Positions 1 to 9,570 are shown, numbered from the stretch's first letter. The stretch: DNA of 64,000 nucleotides from a virus (IMGVR_UViG_3300037400_003188:57014-121013), one strand, 5' to 3'. Made by a program: numbers and translations. Notes: generated from the sequence alone by a model not told the origin.

Positions 1-456
1 GTTCAACAATTCCTGGTCTGTTAATTTCTCGCCAGCGATGTTTACTGTCCTAAACCAATCCAATCTCTCTTTATCGTTACCCTCGCAGATATATACCATC
101 AATTCATAATCCAAGATGGCATCTTTCTCTGTTTGTGTCAAATTGGAGAAATTTCTCTCGTTAATAGAGAAGCCACCCTTAACAAGATATTGACAAATAG
201 ATATTGTTCGCTGCTGCCCGTCTAATAGTTCAAACGTATCATCCTCGTTTCTAACCCAATACATTGTATTAAGTGGAAAACCTTTCATTATTGTATCTAT
301 TACGGCGTTACGCTTCTTATCATCATACACAAACATTCGCTGATATGGTGGGCGTACATTCAACAATCCATGATATGCAAATACACCATCTTCATCATTA
401 TCAGTGTATCCATCAAACAAATCTCTAATTTTAATTCTTTGCAGTTCTATTTTCAT
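1..456 (-). CDS. DUF262 (ParB/Srx-like nuclease) domain protein, N-terminal part; the gene runs off the left edge of the window
   Basis: Hand translation of the minus strand from the ATG at 456 is open to position 1 and reads MKIELQRIKIRDLFDGYTDNDEDGVFAYHGLLNVRPPYQRMFVYDD...FELLDGQQRTISICQY. It contains the DUF262 signatures RPxYQR and DGQQR. Its start overlaps the stop of the upstream gene as ATGA. It is absent from the ORF track because the window truncates it. Confidence 0.6.
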   Translation of the reverse strand, partial: MKIELQRIKIRDLFDGYTDNDEDGVFAYHGLLNVRPPYQRMFVYDDKKRNAVIDTIMKGFPLNTMYWVRNEDDTFELLDGQQRTISICQYLVKGGFSINERNFSNLTQTEKDAILDYELMVYICEGNDKERLDWFRTVNIAGEKLTDQELLN

Positions 457-1589
457 AATTTTCTTTTTATTAAAATCCTACAATAACCTTTTTTACTATT
501 AATTGTCCAGTCGTTAATCATACCATTTTTCAGATTAGTCGCCAACGGATAAAAATAATCAATCGGCTCTTTTATTTTATTTTTCTTATTGTTATTCTCG
601 CGTAGGTAATCTTCCCATTGATTTTGCCTTCTGCGTTTTTTATCATCCCTGGAATTGACGTCGAACAAGGATACGAAAGTACGGTTGAACTCTCTCTCTC
701 TCTCTCTTGTGAATACTAAATCTTTACCATCTTCGCCTTTTCTAAAAGCAACAATCTCAAATTGCTGTGGGCAATACTTGTCTAAGAAAGTAATTGGAAC
801 ACCCATTACTCCGTCATAATCCATTGGTATATCAGATGTTTTATCAACATTTATTGCGTCATAATTATCATATTTAGGGTATTCATTTTCATGCCCTGTA
901 TAAGTTTTATATAAATCTAATGGAGTGTTACGTTTTTTGTTGTCTATATTAGTAAACCACGAACATGGCACTTCGCTCATCAAAACACCATCGATAAACT
1001 TTTTACTTTTAGCCCCGTGTTGTTCTGGAGATGGGAACCACAAAGAGCCACCCATAGGTTTCATCCCAACCCACATTTTACCATCCTTAATTAAGGGAAA
1101 TATCTCTTTAAACGTTATACAATTTTTATCACCAATTATCAAAAATTTCTTATCATAGTCCATCAATTGTTTTACGTATTCTCTAAATAGGCTAAATGGT
1201 GGATTAGTTACAATAACATCCGCTTCTTTCAGAAACTCAATACACTCATCGCTACGGAAATCTCCATCGCCTTGTAATTCGGTGACTTTAATTTCCTCAT
1301 CATCTACAATTCTATTACCGTTCTTATCTCCATCATAGATAAGAACAACGCCATGTCCATTTTCTTTGTATCCTGTTGCAATTAGTTTTTTCAGTCCTAG
1401 TTCCTCAAACCTATTAGAAAAATATTTGAAGAAATTGCTTTCCCTGGCATCATCACAATTGCAATATACAGTTTTTCCTTCGAAGAAATCAACATAGTGT
1501 ACTAATTCCTTCTCAATATCTGTTAATTGTGTATAGAACTCATCGTTCTTGTTTTTCTTTGCTTGATGTAAATTACTATTTTTAGCCAT
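453..1589 (-). CDS. putative adenine-specific DNA methyltransferase
   Basis: 378 aa with motif IV NPPF (VIVTNPPFSLF), typical of N6-adenine methyltransferases. Motif I is not clearly recognisable. Confidence 0.45.
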   Translation of the reverse strand: MAKNSNLHQAKKNKNDEFYTQLTDIEKELVHYVDFFEGKTVYCNCDDARESNFFKYFSNRFEELGLKKLIATGYKENGHGVVLIYDGDKNGNRIVDDEEIKVTELQGDGDFRSDECIEFLKEADVIVTNPPFSLFREYVKQLMDYDKKFLIIGDKNCITFKEIFPLIKDGKMWVGMKPMGGSLWFPSPEQHGAKSKKFIDGVLMSEVPCSWFTNIDNKKRNTPLDLYKTYTGHENEYPKYDNYDAINVDKTSDIPMDYDGVMGVPITFLDKYCPQQFEIVAFRKGEDGKDLVFTREREREFNRTFVSLFDVNSRDDKKRRRQNQWEDYLRENNNKKNKIKEPIDYFYPLATNLKNGMINDWTINSKKGYCRILIKRKL

Positions 1590-1591
1590 AA

Positions 1592-2467
1592 TTACCTTTC
1601 GTCATAGTCGTACATCAACACGTCTTCTATATTTTTCAATGCGTGATTAGAGACTGTTTCTATTTTAGTTAGTAGTTTATTAAGTTGCTCAAAATATATT
1701 TCGTTTCCTTTTGAAATCATAGAGTTAAACTCTTGTAAGAACAATTTTTGTTCATTAGTACTCATATTTCTAATATGTTCAACAGTACTAATGTTTTGGA
1801 CAAATATTTCATATTCTTCGCAGTTCTTTAGAATATTTTTAAGATCGACGTTTGTAATATTCTTATTTCTATTTAACCATAATACTTTTTTAAAATAAGA
1901 ATCTGTTTGTGCAACAAACGCTTGTACCTCATGGTAATATGATGTATATAATGCATAAGCAAAGTAATACGAAAGGCTTTCTGGCTCTGCAGCCGATTTT
2001 ATTCTAACAACATCTTCGTAGTAGTCTGGGTAATCATTAAGTGCATTTACGATTTGATCATGGCTAAAATCTTTAACCTTATTATATTTTTTAGTAAAGA
2101 TATTTCCATGCATTAATTCATGCGCAATTGTTTTTCTAATATCATATTTTAATTTATCTGGATTAATTACATCCCAAAACTGAGAAACATGTATTTCTAT
2201 CTCCAGTGGATTAAAATTATTTGTTCGTCCATATGAATTAGTTAATTTACCATCGGTATATACTGTAATATACACCTCATTCGTATATGCGCCAAATTCT
2301 GATATATCTACACTTATCTTCTCTCCATTTCTGTTATTATATAGCAACGAGTTATATACAGCATCTGTTATTTTATTTGTAATGCTGTCCTGATCGTTTA
2401 GTTTGTGAGAAACTTCATCGATATATTCCAATAATAATCTTTTGTTTTTATCCATAAATTGTTTCAA
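1592..2467 (-). CDS. putative zinc metallopeptidase (HExxH)
   Basis: 291 aa containing IAHELMHGN, an HExxH motif. Otherwise unrecognised. Confidence 0.3.
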   Translation of the reverse strand: MKQFMDKNKRLLLEYIDEVSHKLNDQDSITNKITDAVYNSLLYNNRNGEKISVDISEFGAYTNEVYITVYTDGKLTNSYGRTNNFNPLEIEIHVSQFWDVINPDKLKYDIRKTIAHELMHGNIFTKKYNKVKDFSHDQIVNALNDYPDYYEDVVRIKSAAEPESLSYYFAYALYTSYYHEVQAFVAQTDSYFKKVLWLNRNKNITNVDLKNILKNCEEYEIFVQNISTVEHIRNMSTNEQKLFLQEFNSMISKGNEIYFEQLNKLLTKIETVSNHALKNIEDVLMYDYDER

Positions 2468-2593
2468 TAAAATACTTTGGTTCTACCTTCTTTGCAAGAT
2501 ACACCCCATTAGAGTGCTCATGCCTCCGTTACCAATGAACGTGCCATTAGTTGCCGTTCTTATTGCTTCAATTATTTTTTCATTGTCCATATA

Positions 2594-3307
2594 TCAATCT
2601 TTTTTCTCTTCCACAATTGTTGTGTCAGGCGTGTCACACCATGTGTCACCCATTTTTACAGCCATCGGCTTATATTTAATATTCTTCTCGTTATAGCAAC
2701 GCAAACAATACGGCAGTACATATCCATCTGTTATAATCTTCGCTGGTTCTCCACATTCAATACAAGTTTCATATGATAGGTTTTCGTACTTATCAATTAT
2801 CTTATATACCTCATCACTGGCACCATTACAGTATAGTCTCAATGTTCCATATTTCTCCTTAAGGTCCGTAATTCGGAATTTGTAGAGATAATGGTCCTTT
2901 TTCAACTGTTTCTTAAGTTCTTTAAGATATTGCTTTCCGAACGCTTTTTTCCACCCTGGCATGCTATCCATTACGTCCCACTCAGTGTAAGTTGGGATAC
3001 AGTGTAACCATTGCATTGGATAATAGTAAATAAAATTTCCTACATAATATAATAATGCATACCACCAGTTTTTAACCCCTCTTGTTGATTTATAGGTTTC
3101 TTGATCAATATTCAATATAAACCCTTTTTGAAGCCAACCATCTTTCTCTACCATTGGCCTTTTAAAAAGATTACGCTTTCCATTAATCTTTTCCTCAAAG
3201 GCCCAATTATTATAGTGAAGGCCGTTCCATCTATTCCTTGGATAAAGGAACGGATATCTCATGCAAAGCCATATAGACTTTAATGTATGTATAAATTGAT
3301 TCTCCAT
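2594..3307 (-). CDS. hypothetical protein with C-terminal zinc ribbon
   Basis: ORF 2594..3415 trimmed to an internal Met (MENQF...) so that it does not overlap the upstream gene. It has a CxxC...CxxC motif (CIECGEP...CLRCY). Confidence 0.4.
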   Translation of the reverse strand: MENQFIHTLKSIWLCMRYPFLYPRNRWNGLHYNNWAFEEKINGKRNLFKRPMVEKDGWLQKGFILNIDQETYKSTRGVKNWWYALLYYVGNFIYYYPMQWLHCIPTYTEWDVMDSMPGWKKAFGKQYLKELKKQLKKDHYLYKFRITDLKEKYGTLRLYCNGASDEVYKIIDKYENLSYETCIECGEPAKIITDGYVLPYCLRCYNEKNIKYKPMAVKMGDTWCDTPDTTIVEEKKD

Positions 3308-3308
3308 G

Positions 3309-3998
3309 TTAATCCCACCATCCTTGTATACCAGAACCATCAAAGTTCTCTTCATTAAATTTATCCCAGCGCTTGTAGTATTGTTCAAGGTTCTCATCCT
3401 CGCGCTGTTTACCAAATTGCTCTTCGAGTTTTTGACCTCTAATCAAATAGAAGATTCTATCATAGTACGCATCACGAGCCTTTTTAAGTTCCTCATTATA
3501 GCGGTTCATGGAAGCCTCTTGTATCTTCTTACTTTCTTCGTCTTTTGTTTCAAAACCAATACTACCATCTTCATACTCCGTTACGTGTGTAATAACATTC
3601 TCTTCTCCAAGGCCAAGATACTTATCACTAACTTCATCCTCGTAACCTTTTTTTAAAAGATCAACAAGTTCTCGGATGGCAGCAACCTTCTTTTTCCGAG
3701 ACCAATCTACTTCATTGCCATGTTCCATCCAATTAGCAAGATGTTCAAGTCCAAAGGTGAACAAATCAACTTGGCTCTGATAATCCCATGGGTAATAATT
3801 CTTGGCAATTTTACCGAAAAGAATCATGTTCTTAAAATAACGTTTCTTAGTGTGATACCACATCTCAACAAAGTACCACTTAGTTGAAAACCACAAGGAA
3901 ACTCTTTTCCAAAAACTACGCTCTCTTTGTGAAAATACTGTGGTCATTGGGTTTGCGCCAACCACATCATACTCTTTAATTACTTTACTGCCTTTCAT
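3309..3998 (-). CDS. hypothetical protein
   Basis: ORF 3309..4190, probably starting at an internal Met (MKGSKVIKEY) to avoid a 150-nt overlap with 4042..4902. The start is uncertain. Confidence 0.35.
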   Translation of the reverse strand: MKGSKVIKEYDVVGANPMTTVFSQRERSFWKRVSLWFSTKWYFVEMWYHTKKRYFKNMILFGKIAKNYYPWDYQSQVDLFTFGLEHLANWMEHGNEVDWSRKKKVAAIRELVDLLKKGYEDEVSDKYLGLGEENVITHVTEYEDGSIGFETKDEESKKIQEASMNRYNEELKKARDAYYDRIFYLIRGQKLEEQFGKQREDENLEQYYKRWDKFNEENFDGSGIQGWWD

Positions 3999-4041
3999 GC
4001 TATTTTTTTTGAAATTACGTGACAAATATACTAAAAATGTT

Positions 4042-4902
4042 TTAAATATGGAAGTCAATAAGATGGAATTCCGAATCCTCTGGAAGTTTATCCACAATAG
4101 TGAAGAACTCCTCATTCCAATCATGTTGCTCCTTATTGTTTGTGCTGATACCCCACCAGCCCATTTGTCCTTTCTCGACCCACTCGCCATCTACCACGAG
4201 GCAGAAAGGAACAGAACTTCTGGTATAGTGCCATTTTACACCATCCTTTAACGGGCGATATTCTTCTCCCCAAAAATCTTTTTCTGTTTTTTCCTCATAG
4301 TCCTCTGGCTTAAAGTCAGACCAATCAATATCTCCAAGAACGCCATCGTTAACGAATTCGCCATCTTTTGTCTTAATAGCACCGTCCCAACGGCCGCCCT
4401 CGGAGTACCAATCCCACTTTGAGTTCGGATTATATCTTGTATAACGCTCCCATTTTCCAGAAATGTGGTTAATACGCCAAGAATTGCCATTCCAGTCAGA
4501 ACCATTTTTCTCGTAGAGGCTCTCAAATTCTCCGAATAATCCAGGGAATAGTTGATTAAATAACTCTACATAGGCTCTTTCTACCGCTTCTTGACCCATT
4601 ACATCTATTAAGTAGAGGTATATGGTGCGATGCTTTTCTGCATCGTATTCGCCGATTTTACCCTCTTCGAGTAGGCGATTATAAATTGTGTTCCAAGGGT
4701 CATCAATGGGACTATTATCAGAGATAGTACCATCTTCTGATTTGTAATACTTGACGAATTCCGCCTTTTCAAAATCACTAACTTCACCCTCAGAGTACTC
4801 AGGAACTTCTAAATTCTCATCATACTTGCTAAGAGCATCCTCTAACTCATGTTTCTTTAAATAATCTGGTGTTAATACAACCAATCCTGTAAAATGTGAC
4901 AT
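4042..4902 (-). CDS. hypothetical protein
   Basis: 286-aa ORF, acidic and Trp-rich, with no recognised motif. Confidence 0.45.
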   Translation of the reverse strand: MSHFTGLVVLTPDYLKKHELEDALSKYDENLEVPEYSEGEVSDFEKAEFVKYYKSEDGTISDNSPIDDPWNTIYNRLLEEGKIGEYDAEKHRTIYLYLIDVMGQEAVERAYVELFNQLFPGLFGEFESLYEKNGSDWNGNSWRINHISGKWERYTRYNPNSKWDWYSEGGRWDGAIKTKDGEFVNDGVLGDIDWSDFKPEDYEEKTEKDFWGEEYRPLKDGVKWHYTRSSVPFCLVVDGEWVEKGQMGWWGISTNNKEQHDWNEEFFTIVDKLPEDSEFHLIDFHI

Positions 4903-4965
4903 AATTAATTTAATTTTTAAAGTTATTTATTGTTTTTTATATTAACAAAATTTAAATTACGTTTT

Positions 4966-5616
4966 TTATTGTGTTTTAATTATGTTTTTGATTGTTGGAG
5001 TTTTATCTCTAAACTCATTTAAGAAAAAGATGGTGCCGATTCTTTCATGTAAAAAGCCATGTAACCGCGACTGATAACTGTTGCATCCTACAAATTCGAA
5101 TATTTCTTTATCATTGGTTAAATGATTTTGTTCGTTGAATATATCCAATACGCCAAATGTAAATTCACAATATCTTCTGAATATCTCTCTCTCAATATAG
5201 AACATATTTGCTGTATATAGAATGTTAATGTTCTCGTATGGAAGGCTATAATCTGGGAAATAGTTGTCAATAATTTGCTCACATTGTAACAAATCTTTTA
5301 TTCTATGACATTTCTGATATTGCCAGTTTAACCCAAAATTAGACGGTGTTGGCAATGTATTCTTACCAAGTTCAAGATTATTAAAATACCTTCTGTAATG
5401 ATTAATTCCTATCCAATCATCGTCACATTTCTCATATATGTCCCTAATCATGTGAACTTCGCAATACGATTTTTTCATATCGTTTAAGTCATTGTCCGCG
5501 TATATCACTGGGACATTGTAGTTTCCTTCTAAAGGATTACATGAAATTATTTTATAGTCATCCTTTAAATCAAATTTTGGTAATTCAAAATCTTTATGTG
5601 TACAAATGTAAATCAC
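4966..5616 (-). CDS. DUF4422-like putative glycosyltransferase
   Basis: 216 aa with GINHYRRYF and YCEFTFGVLDIFNEQ motifs. It is paralogous to 56901..57776 (GFNHYRRMY / YCEFIFGVLGEF). Confidence 0.4.
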   Translation of the reverse strand: MIYICTHKDFELPKFDLKDDYKIISCNPLEGNYNVPVIYADNDLNDMKKSYCEVHMIRDIYEKCDDDWIGINHYRRYFNNLELGKNTLPTPSNFGLNWQYQKCHRIKDLLQCEQIIDNYFPDYSLPYENINILYTANMFYIEREIFRRYCEFTFGVLDIFNEQNHLTNDKEIFEFVGCNSYQSRLHGFLHERIGTIFFLNEFRDKTPTIKNIIKTQ

Positions 5617-5772
5617 GCCTTATAGTTTCTCTTTTCTTTATCCCATTTATCCCAATTTTCTCTTATTATAGTTTTCATAAAATGTTCTGGATCAAAACAT
5701 AAATCATCCTTTATTAATCCGTGATGGTCAAACATCCAGAATGCTTGTAGTAGTGTCTCAACACTTGGTCTA

Positions 5773-6153
5773 TTATCCAACATTGTCTTTTACCAATTTA
5801 AAAATTTCAATTATTTTCTCAATCTCGTCTTTCTTTATTTCCATTGTCTCATATATGTTTTTGTAGGCAAACACGCCAGATACGCCTACTTCCGCTACAT
5901 TAACAAGTGCATGAACCTCACCCCGTCTTTTTATATAAGAGAATAGCAATGAACTGTTTGCATATAAGGCAACATCCCATCCTTCTAAATCTCTGTCATC
6001 ACACAGAGATAACATTTTACGGCCATTCTTTAACGTAATCCTACTGGGTTTAACTAATCCGACTCCTGGATAATCAACACCATCTTTTGAAAATTCCTTA
6101 AATTTATCAAGGAAATACTTCTTATTTTCTTCTCTTTTTCTTACCATATCCAA
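5773..6153 (-). CDS. hypothetical protein
   Basis: 126-aa ORF. Confidence 0.4.
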   Translation of the reverse strand: MDMVRKREENKKYFLDKFKEFSKDGVDYPGVGLVKPSRITLKNGRKMLSLCDDRDLEGWDVALYANSSLLFSYIKRRGEVHALVNVAEVGVSGVFAYKNIYETMEIKKDEIEKIIEIFKLVKDNVG

Positions 6154-6524
6154 ATAAATGGGTTTTCAACATATACCAGACCAATTTCGTGATTATCAAC
6201 TTTGTAACTCCTAATCAATAATTCATCGTTGAAATCCTCATCTGATTCGTCCTTTTTATTTTCTTCTCCGTATCGAGAAGCATACTCATATAGTGCGTCA
6301 AATATCATTACGTCAGCCACGCTGCGTCTATTGCCGTACTTAGCAATAACTCTATCAATTATTGCCTCTCGATTGTCTAATTTACGGAATTTCTCACTCC
6401 ATCTGTCGTAATACGCTTCCCAATCTTCTTTAGCCATATTCATAATTTGATCAATACCTTTTATATAATTTCCACTATAAATATACAAAAAAAATCCCAG
6501 ATTTCTCTGAGATTTAAAATACAC
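6141..6524 (-). CDS. hypothetical protein
   Basis: 127-aa ORF. A class-A promoter motif lies just upstream (6480-6500). Confidence 0.4.
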   Translation of the reverse strand: MYFKSQRNLGFFLYIYSGNYIKGIDQIMNMAKEDWEAYYDRWSEKFRKLDNREAIIDRVIAKYGNRRSVADVMIFDALYEYASRYGEENKKDESDEDFNDELLIRSYKVDNHEIGLVYVENPFIWIW

Positions 6525-6753
6525 GTAATAGCCAGGATTCTGTACCTACTTCCATCATTAAACTATTCGTCCTACCCTGGAGGCGGTAATTTGGGTAACC
6601 CCCTATACTTGGACTTTCACTTCCAAATAAGTGTCCTGAACTTCCTCACCCAAAAACGGCTGTTTTTAGAGCGCGATGGACTGCGTGTATATATAAATAT
6701 ATGTCTTGATACAAACGGATCAACCAACGATATTTATAGTTAAATATTTTTTG

Positions 6754-6836
6754 TACCCCAGGTGGAAGTCGAATCCACAGAATCACCAAATTTTGAGTTT
6801 GGCTGCTTTACCTATTTGCATACCGAGGCGTATTTT
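6754..6836 (-). tRNA. tRNA-like gene; anticodon CAA if the fold is right, with atypical arms
   Basis: T-arm GTGGA-AGTCGAA-TCCAC on the plus strand (sense T-loop TTCGACT). Anticodon hairpin CCAAA-CTCAAAA-TTTGG. The acceptor pairs only with several G-U pairs. Confidence 0.3.
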
Positions 6837-6843
6837 CTTCCAG

Positions 6844-6915
6844 TGCCCCCACTTGGAATCGAACCAAGATCCATATATTAAGAGTATATTAGTCTAACCG
6901 TTAACCTATAAGGGC
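6844..6915 (-). tRNA. tRNA-Lys(CTT)
   Basis: T-arm CTTGG-AATCGAA-CCAAG. Anticodon stem ATATA/TATAT with sense loop CTCTTAA. The acceptor arms pair with two G-U pairs. Confidence 0.5.
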
Positions 6916-6919
6916 TTTG

Positions 6920-6992
6920 TACCTCCGCCGAGATTCGAACTCGGAGTCTCGCATATTAAAAGTATGGGGTTTTACCATTAAACTACGAAGGT
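6920..6992 (-). tRNA. tRNA with a UUU anticodon (Lys-like), unusual C33
   Basis: T-arm CCGAG-ATTCGAA-CTCGG. Anticodon stem CATAT/ATATG with sense loop ACTTTTA. Confidence 0.4.
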
Positions 6993-6999
6993 GTTTAGT

Positions 7000-7073
7000 G
7001 TACCCGACGAGACTCGAACTCGCAACCCACAGATTAAAAGTCTGTTGCGCTGAAACCATTGCGCCACGGGTAC
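7000..7073 (-). tRNA. tRNA-Lys(TTT)
   Basis: The acceptor arms GTACCCG / CGGGTAC are perfectly complementary. T-loop ACTCGAA. Anticodon stem ACAGA/TCTGT with sense loop CTTTTAA. Confidence 0.55.
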
Positions 7074-7161
7074 TTACTATCTGAACCAGTGACGCGATGG
7101 TCACCGATTAGCGTTTCTTTATATGTTTCTTTTTCATTGTCATCTTCTTAATCTATGTTTG

Positions 7162-7233
7162 TTCTCCCACCGTGACTCGAACACGGGTCTATGCCTTAGG
7201 AGGGCATCGTTCTGTCCACTGAACTATACGAGA
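7162..7233 (-). tRNA. tRNA-Arg(CCT)
   Basis: T-arm CCGTG-ACTCGAA-CACGG. Anticodon stem ATGCC/GGCAT with sense loop CTCCTAA. Confidence 0.5.
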
Positions 7234-7243
7234 ATATATTTTG

Positions 7244-7321
7244 AGCGGTATACGGGTATCCCACCCGTGCATGCCTTCGCCTTGGAGGGGCGATGTGCGC
7301 CTGTAACTACACCAATACCGC
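7244..7321 (-). tRNA. tRNA-Gly(TCC)-like with a non-canonical T-loop
   Basis: The acceptor arms GCGGTAT / ATACCGC are perfectly complementary. Anticodon stem TCGCC/GGCGA with sense loop CCTCCAA. The T-loop TGGGATA is unusual. Confidence 0.4.
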
Positions 7322-7328
7322 GAATATT

Positions 7329-8309
7329 TTATATACCAAATCTTATTTTTTGTATCTCATTTTTAATTCCAAATTTTTCACATTTCTTAATAAGACAAGT
7401 TACACTAATATCAAGAATCTTTGCAACTTTAGCATAACTAACATTTTCTATGCTATTAAATGTTTTTAAAATTTCATCTTTAGTTATATTTTTCAAATAT
7501 TTTACTCGTTCACATTTTTTAGAACAAAATGTTGTTTGTCCTTCTGCTAGTTTTCTTCCACAAACAATACATCTGGTAACATTTTCTATATCTTTCTCCA
7601 AATCAGATTCTATATCTTGTCGATAATACTTTGTTCTTCTATCTACTCGTTTTGATTCATGATTTTTGATTGTCCCAAAAGTTTCTGTCAGTGAGTGGCA
7701 ATTTGGACACAATAATTGTAAATTTTCTTCTTTATTATTTGTACAATCACCGTCAATGTGGTGTATTTGTAATGGTACTTTATCAGTATATTTATTCTTT
7801 TCTGACCATCCACATATCTGACATGAATCATGGTATTGTTCAAATAAATAGCGTCTTATGTGTGATGAAATTCCACCAACTCCAGACTCTCCGTTTTCTT
7901 CACCGTTTTTCCATTTTAAAATATATTGTTTGTATTCGTAATTATTTTTACAAGTATTATCACAATATTTATGGCCATAAGGAATCTCTTTATTGCAACT
8001 CAAACAATAACTATTTTTATTTATTTTGTTTATTCCATATTTTAACCTATTATGATATAAACCATTGCATCTTTGATTGCAAAATTTTTGCCTACTATCT
8101 TTTCCAACAATCTCTTTACCACAATAAAGACAATATTTTTTTGGTTTTTCTTTTTTGTTTTTTAACCACTCTTGCCAATCAACACCGTTTTCACTAAGTA
8201 TTTTTTTGCACTTCTCTCTGTTCGTGTAGTTTTCTTTTCCAAATATTGCACGCGCAATATCACTCATCGAATTACTTTTTTCTAAAATCTCATTTAAATT
8301 TGTATTCAT
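7329..8309 (-). CDS. HNH homing endonuclease
   Basis: 326 aa, Cys-rich. The C-terminal HNH motif is LQIHHIDGDCTNN...NLQLLCPNCH. It is flanked by tRNA genes on both sides. Confidence 0.8.
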   Translation of the reverse strand: MNTNLNEILEKSNSMSDIARAIFGKENYTNREKCKKILSENGVDWQEWLKNKKEKPKKYCLYCGKEIVGKDSRQKFCNQRCNGLYHNRLKYGINKINKNSYCLSCNKEIPYGHKYCDNTCKNNYEYKQYILKWKNGEENGESGVGGISSHIRRYLFEQYHDSCQICGWSEKNKYTDKVPLQIHHIDGDCTNNKEENLQLLCPNCHSLTETFGTIKNHESKRVDRRTKYYRQDIESDLEKDIENVTRCIVCGRKLAEGQTTFCSKKCERVKYLKNITKDEILKTFNSIENVSYAKVAKILDISVTCLIKKCEKFGIKNEIQKIRFGI

Positions 8310-8385
8310 ATATAAATTATCCTTTCTTTATATATAAATACTTTTAAAGAGCAGAAAAAGTGAATCAAAACACAACTTTTTTTTT

Positions 8386-8459
8386 GAGAAGGTAACCAGA
8401 ATCGAACTGGCATCACCTGTCTGGCAGGCAGGTGCACTAAACCGTTGTGCTATACCTTC
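8386..8459 (-). tRNA. tRNA-Gly(GCC)
   Basis: The acceptor arms GAAGGTA / TACCTTC are perfectly complementary. T-loop AATCGAA. Anticodon stem CCTGT/GCAGG with sense loop CTGCCAG. Confidence 0.55.
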
Positions 8460-8777
8460 ATTTGTAAAAACGTGAAGTAATCCACTCGCATCCCACCAAC
8501 TTGTTCCCTACTCACCAATTCAGTACAAATGATTATTAGATGTGCTATTACGCCAAAGAATCTAATGAATTATCCCCACCGTTAACCTATTGGCTTACTA
8601 TCTCCAATAGATATTACCGTGAAGGAGGCATTTATATCCTCCAGAGATTTCACTCAACCCTCAGGAAAAGATTCACTCCTTAGAAGATGGCTGCTTTCAA
8701 GCCAACTTTTCTAATAATCTCCTGATTGCGATTTTCGGGTCATTTGCCTAAGCCTTGTCCGATATTCACATTTTAGT

Positions 8778-8850
8778 GACTCCGCCGTGATTCGAATACG
8801 GTGCCCTCCGCTTAAACTATCCTTTCGGAACCAACTGAACTACGAAGCCT
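8778..8850 (-). tRNA. tRNA-like gene, atypical (no standard D- or anticodon arm recognised; carries a TCCGAAAGGA hairpin)
   Basis: The T-arm CCGTG-ATTCGAA-TACGG is canonical and the acceptor pairs with two G-U pairs. The internal region does not fold canonically by eye. Confidence 0.3.
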
Positions 8851-9355
8851 TCAATTATATTGCTTTTAGTGGGGACAGGCTCATCGAAGAGACCGCTTCG
8901 GGTTTTTCAGACCCGCATGACTTACCAACTACATCACATCCCCATGTTAAAAACCATTCATACAATCATAGCGCTCTAATTGCAGATTTATCAGTAGCCG
9001 ACCTTACCAATCTTGAACAAACTACATTGGTTACCTACACCTGGTTCGTCGTCATTGAAGCGCCCACTCCAAGCAGGGTTTGAACCTACAGTTACTACCG
9101 AATGATTTTATTTTTAATCTCATAAGACTATCAGAGATTTTTGTTGGTATTGAGCCAGCCTCCAACGGATATAGCAACCGCCACCACGCAACTTGGGAGT
9201 CTAACCAACTTTATACAATTCACTATGGCTAAGAATTGTCTTTTAAATTTGTGCCTTCGGTGGAGTCCAACCACCATACCTCTTGGATTTCTGAGGCCCA
9301 CGCGTACCAACGCAGTGACAGTCAGCGATATACTGTATAAACTGGTATATTTTTG

Positions 9356-9447
9356 TGAGAGGAGAGGGACTCGAACCCCCCTACTGCAAGTCCAATACGA
9401 CAATTTGTGAACAGGGCAGATTTACAGTCTGCTGCCGTTATCCTCTC
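9356..9447 (-). tRNA. tRNA-Tyr(GTA)-like, type II with a very long variable region
   Basis: The acceptor arms GAGAGGA / TCCTCTC are perfectly complementary. Anticodon stem GCAGA/TCTGC with loop CTGTAAA. About 35 nt lie between the anticodon arm and the T-arm. Confidence 0.4.
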
Positions 9448-9477
9448 ATTATTTAAATTTCAATGTTCACATTTTTG

Positions 9478-9562
9478 AGACAGCAGTCGGATTCGAACCA
9501 ACGCGGGTATTGCTACCTCCAGATTTGCAGTCTGGCACCTTCAGCCGCTCAGTCATGCTGTC
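9478..9562 (-). tRNA. tRNA with GCA anticodon (Cys) and an extended variable region
   Basis: The acceptor arms GACAGCA / TGCTGTC are perfectly complementary. Anticodon stem CCAGA/TCTGG with sense loop CTGCAAA. T-loop ATTCGAA. Confidence 0.4.
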
Positions 9563-9570
9563 ATTATTTC

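Noticed and set aside
2442-2696. Small plus-strand ORFs inside minus-strand genes (for example 2442..2696, 3101..3283, 3306..3656, 7670..8197, 12450..12786, 23195..23572)
   Set aside because: They sit antisense within confidently coding minus-strand genes (metallopeptidase, HNH, helicase, dnaK) and are hydrophobic or low-complexity. They are treated as frame-shadow ORFs.
6901-7437. ORF-track entries 6901..7104 (-) and 7123..7437 (+)
   Set aside because: They lie entirely over tRNA genes (Lys, Arg, Gly) and show no protein-like composition. They are read-through of structured RNA genes.
9131-9410. Overlapping ORFs 9131..9403 (-) and 9141..9410 (+)
   Set aside because: Both overlap the type-II tRNA-Tyr-like gene and each other. 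They are antiparallel read-through of the tRNA region.
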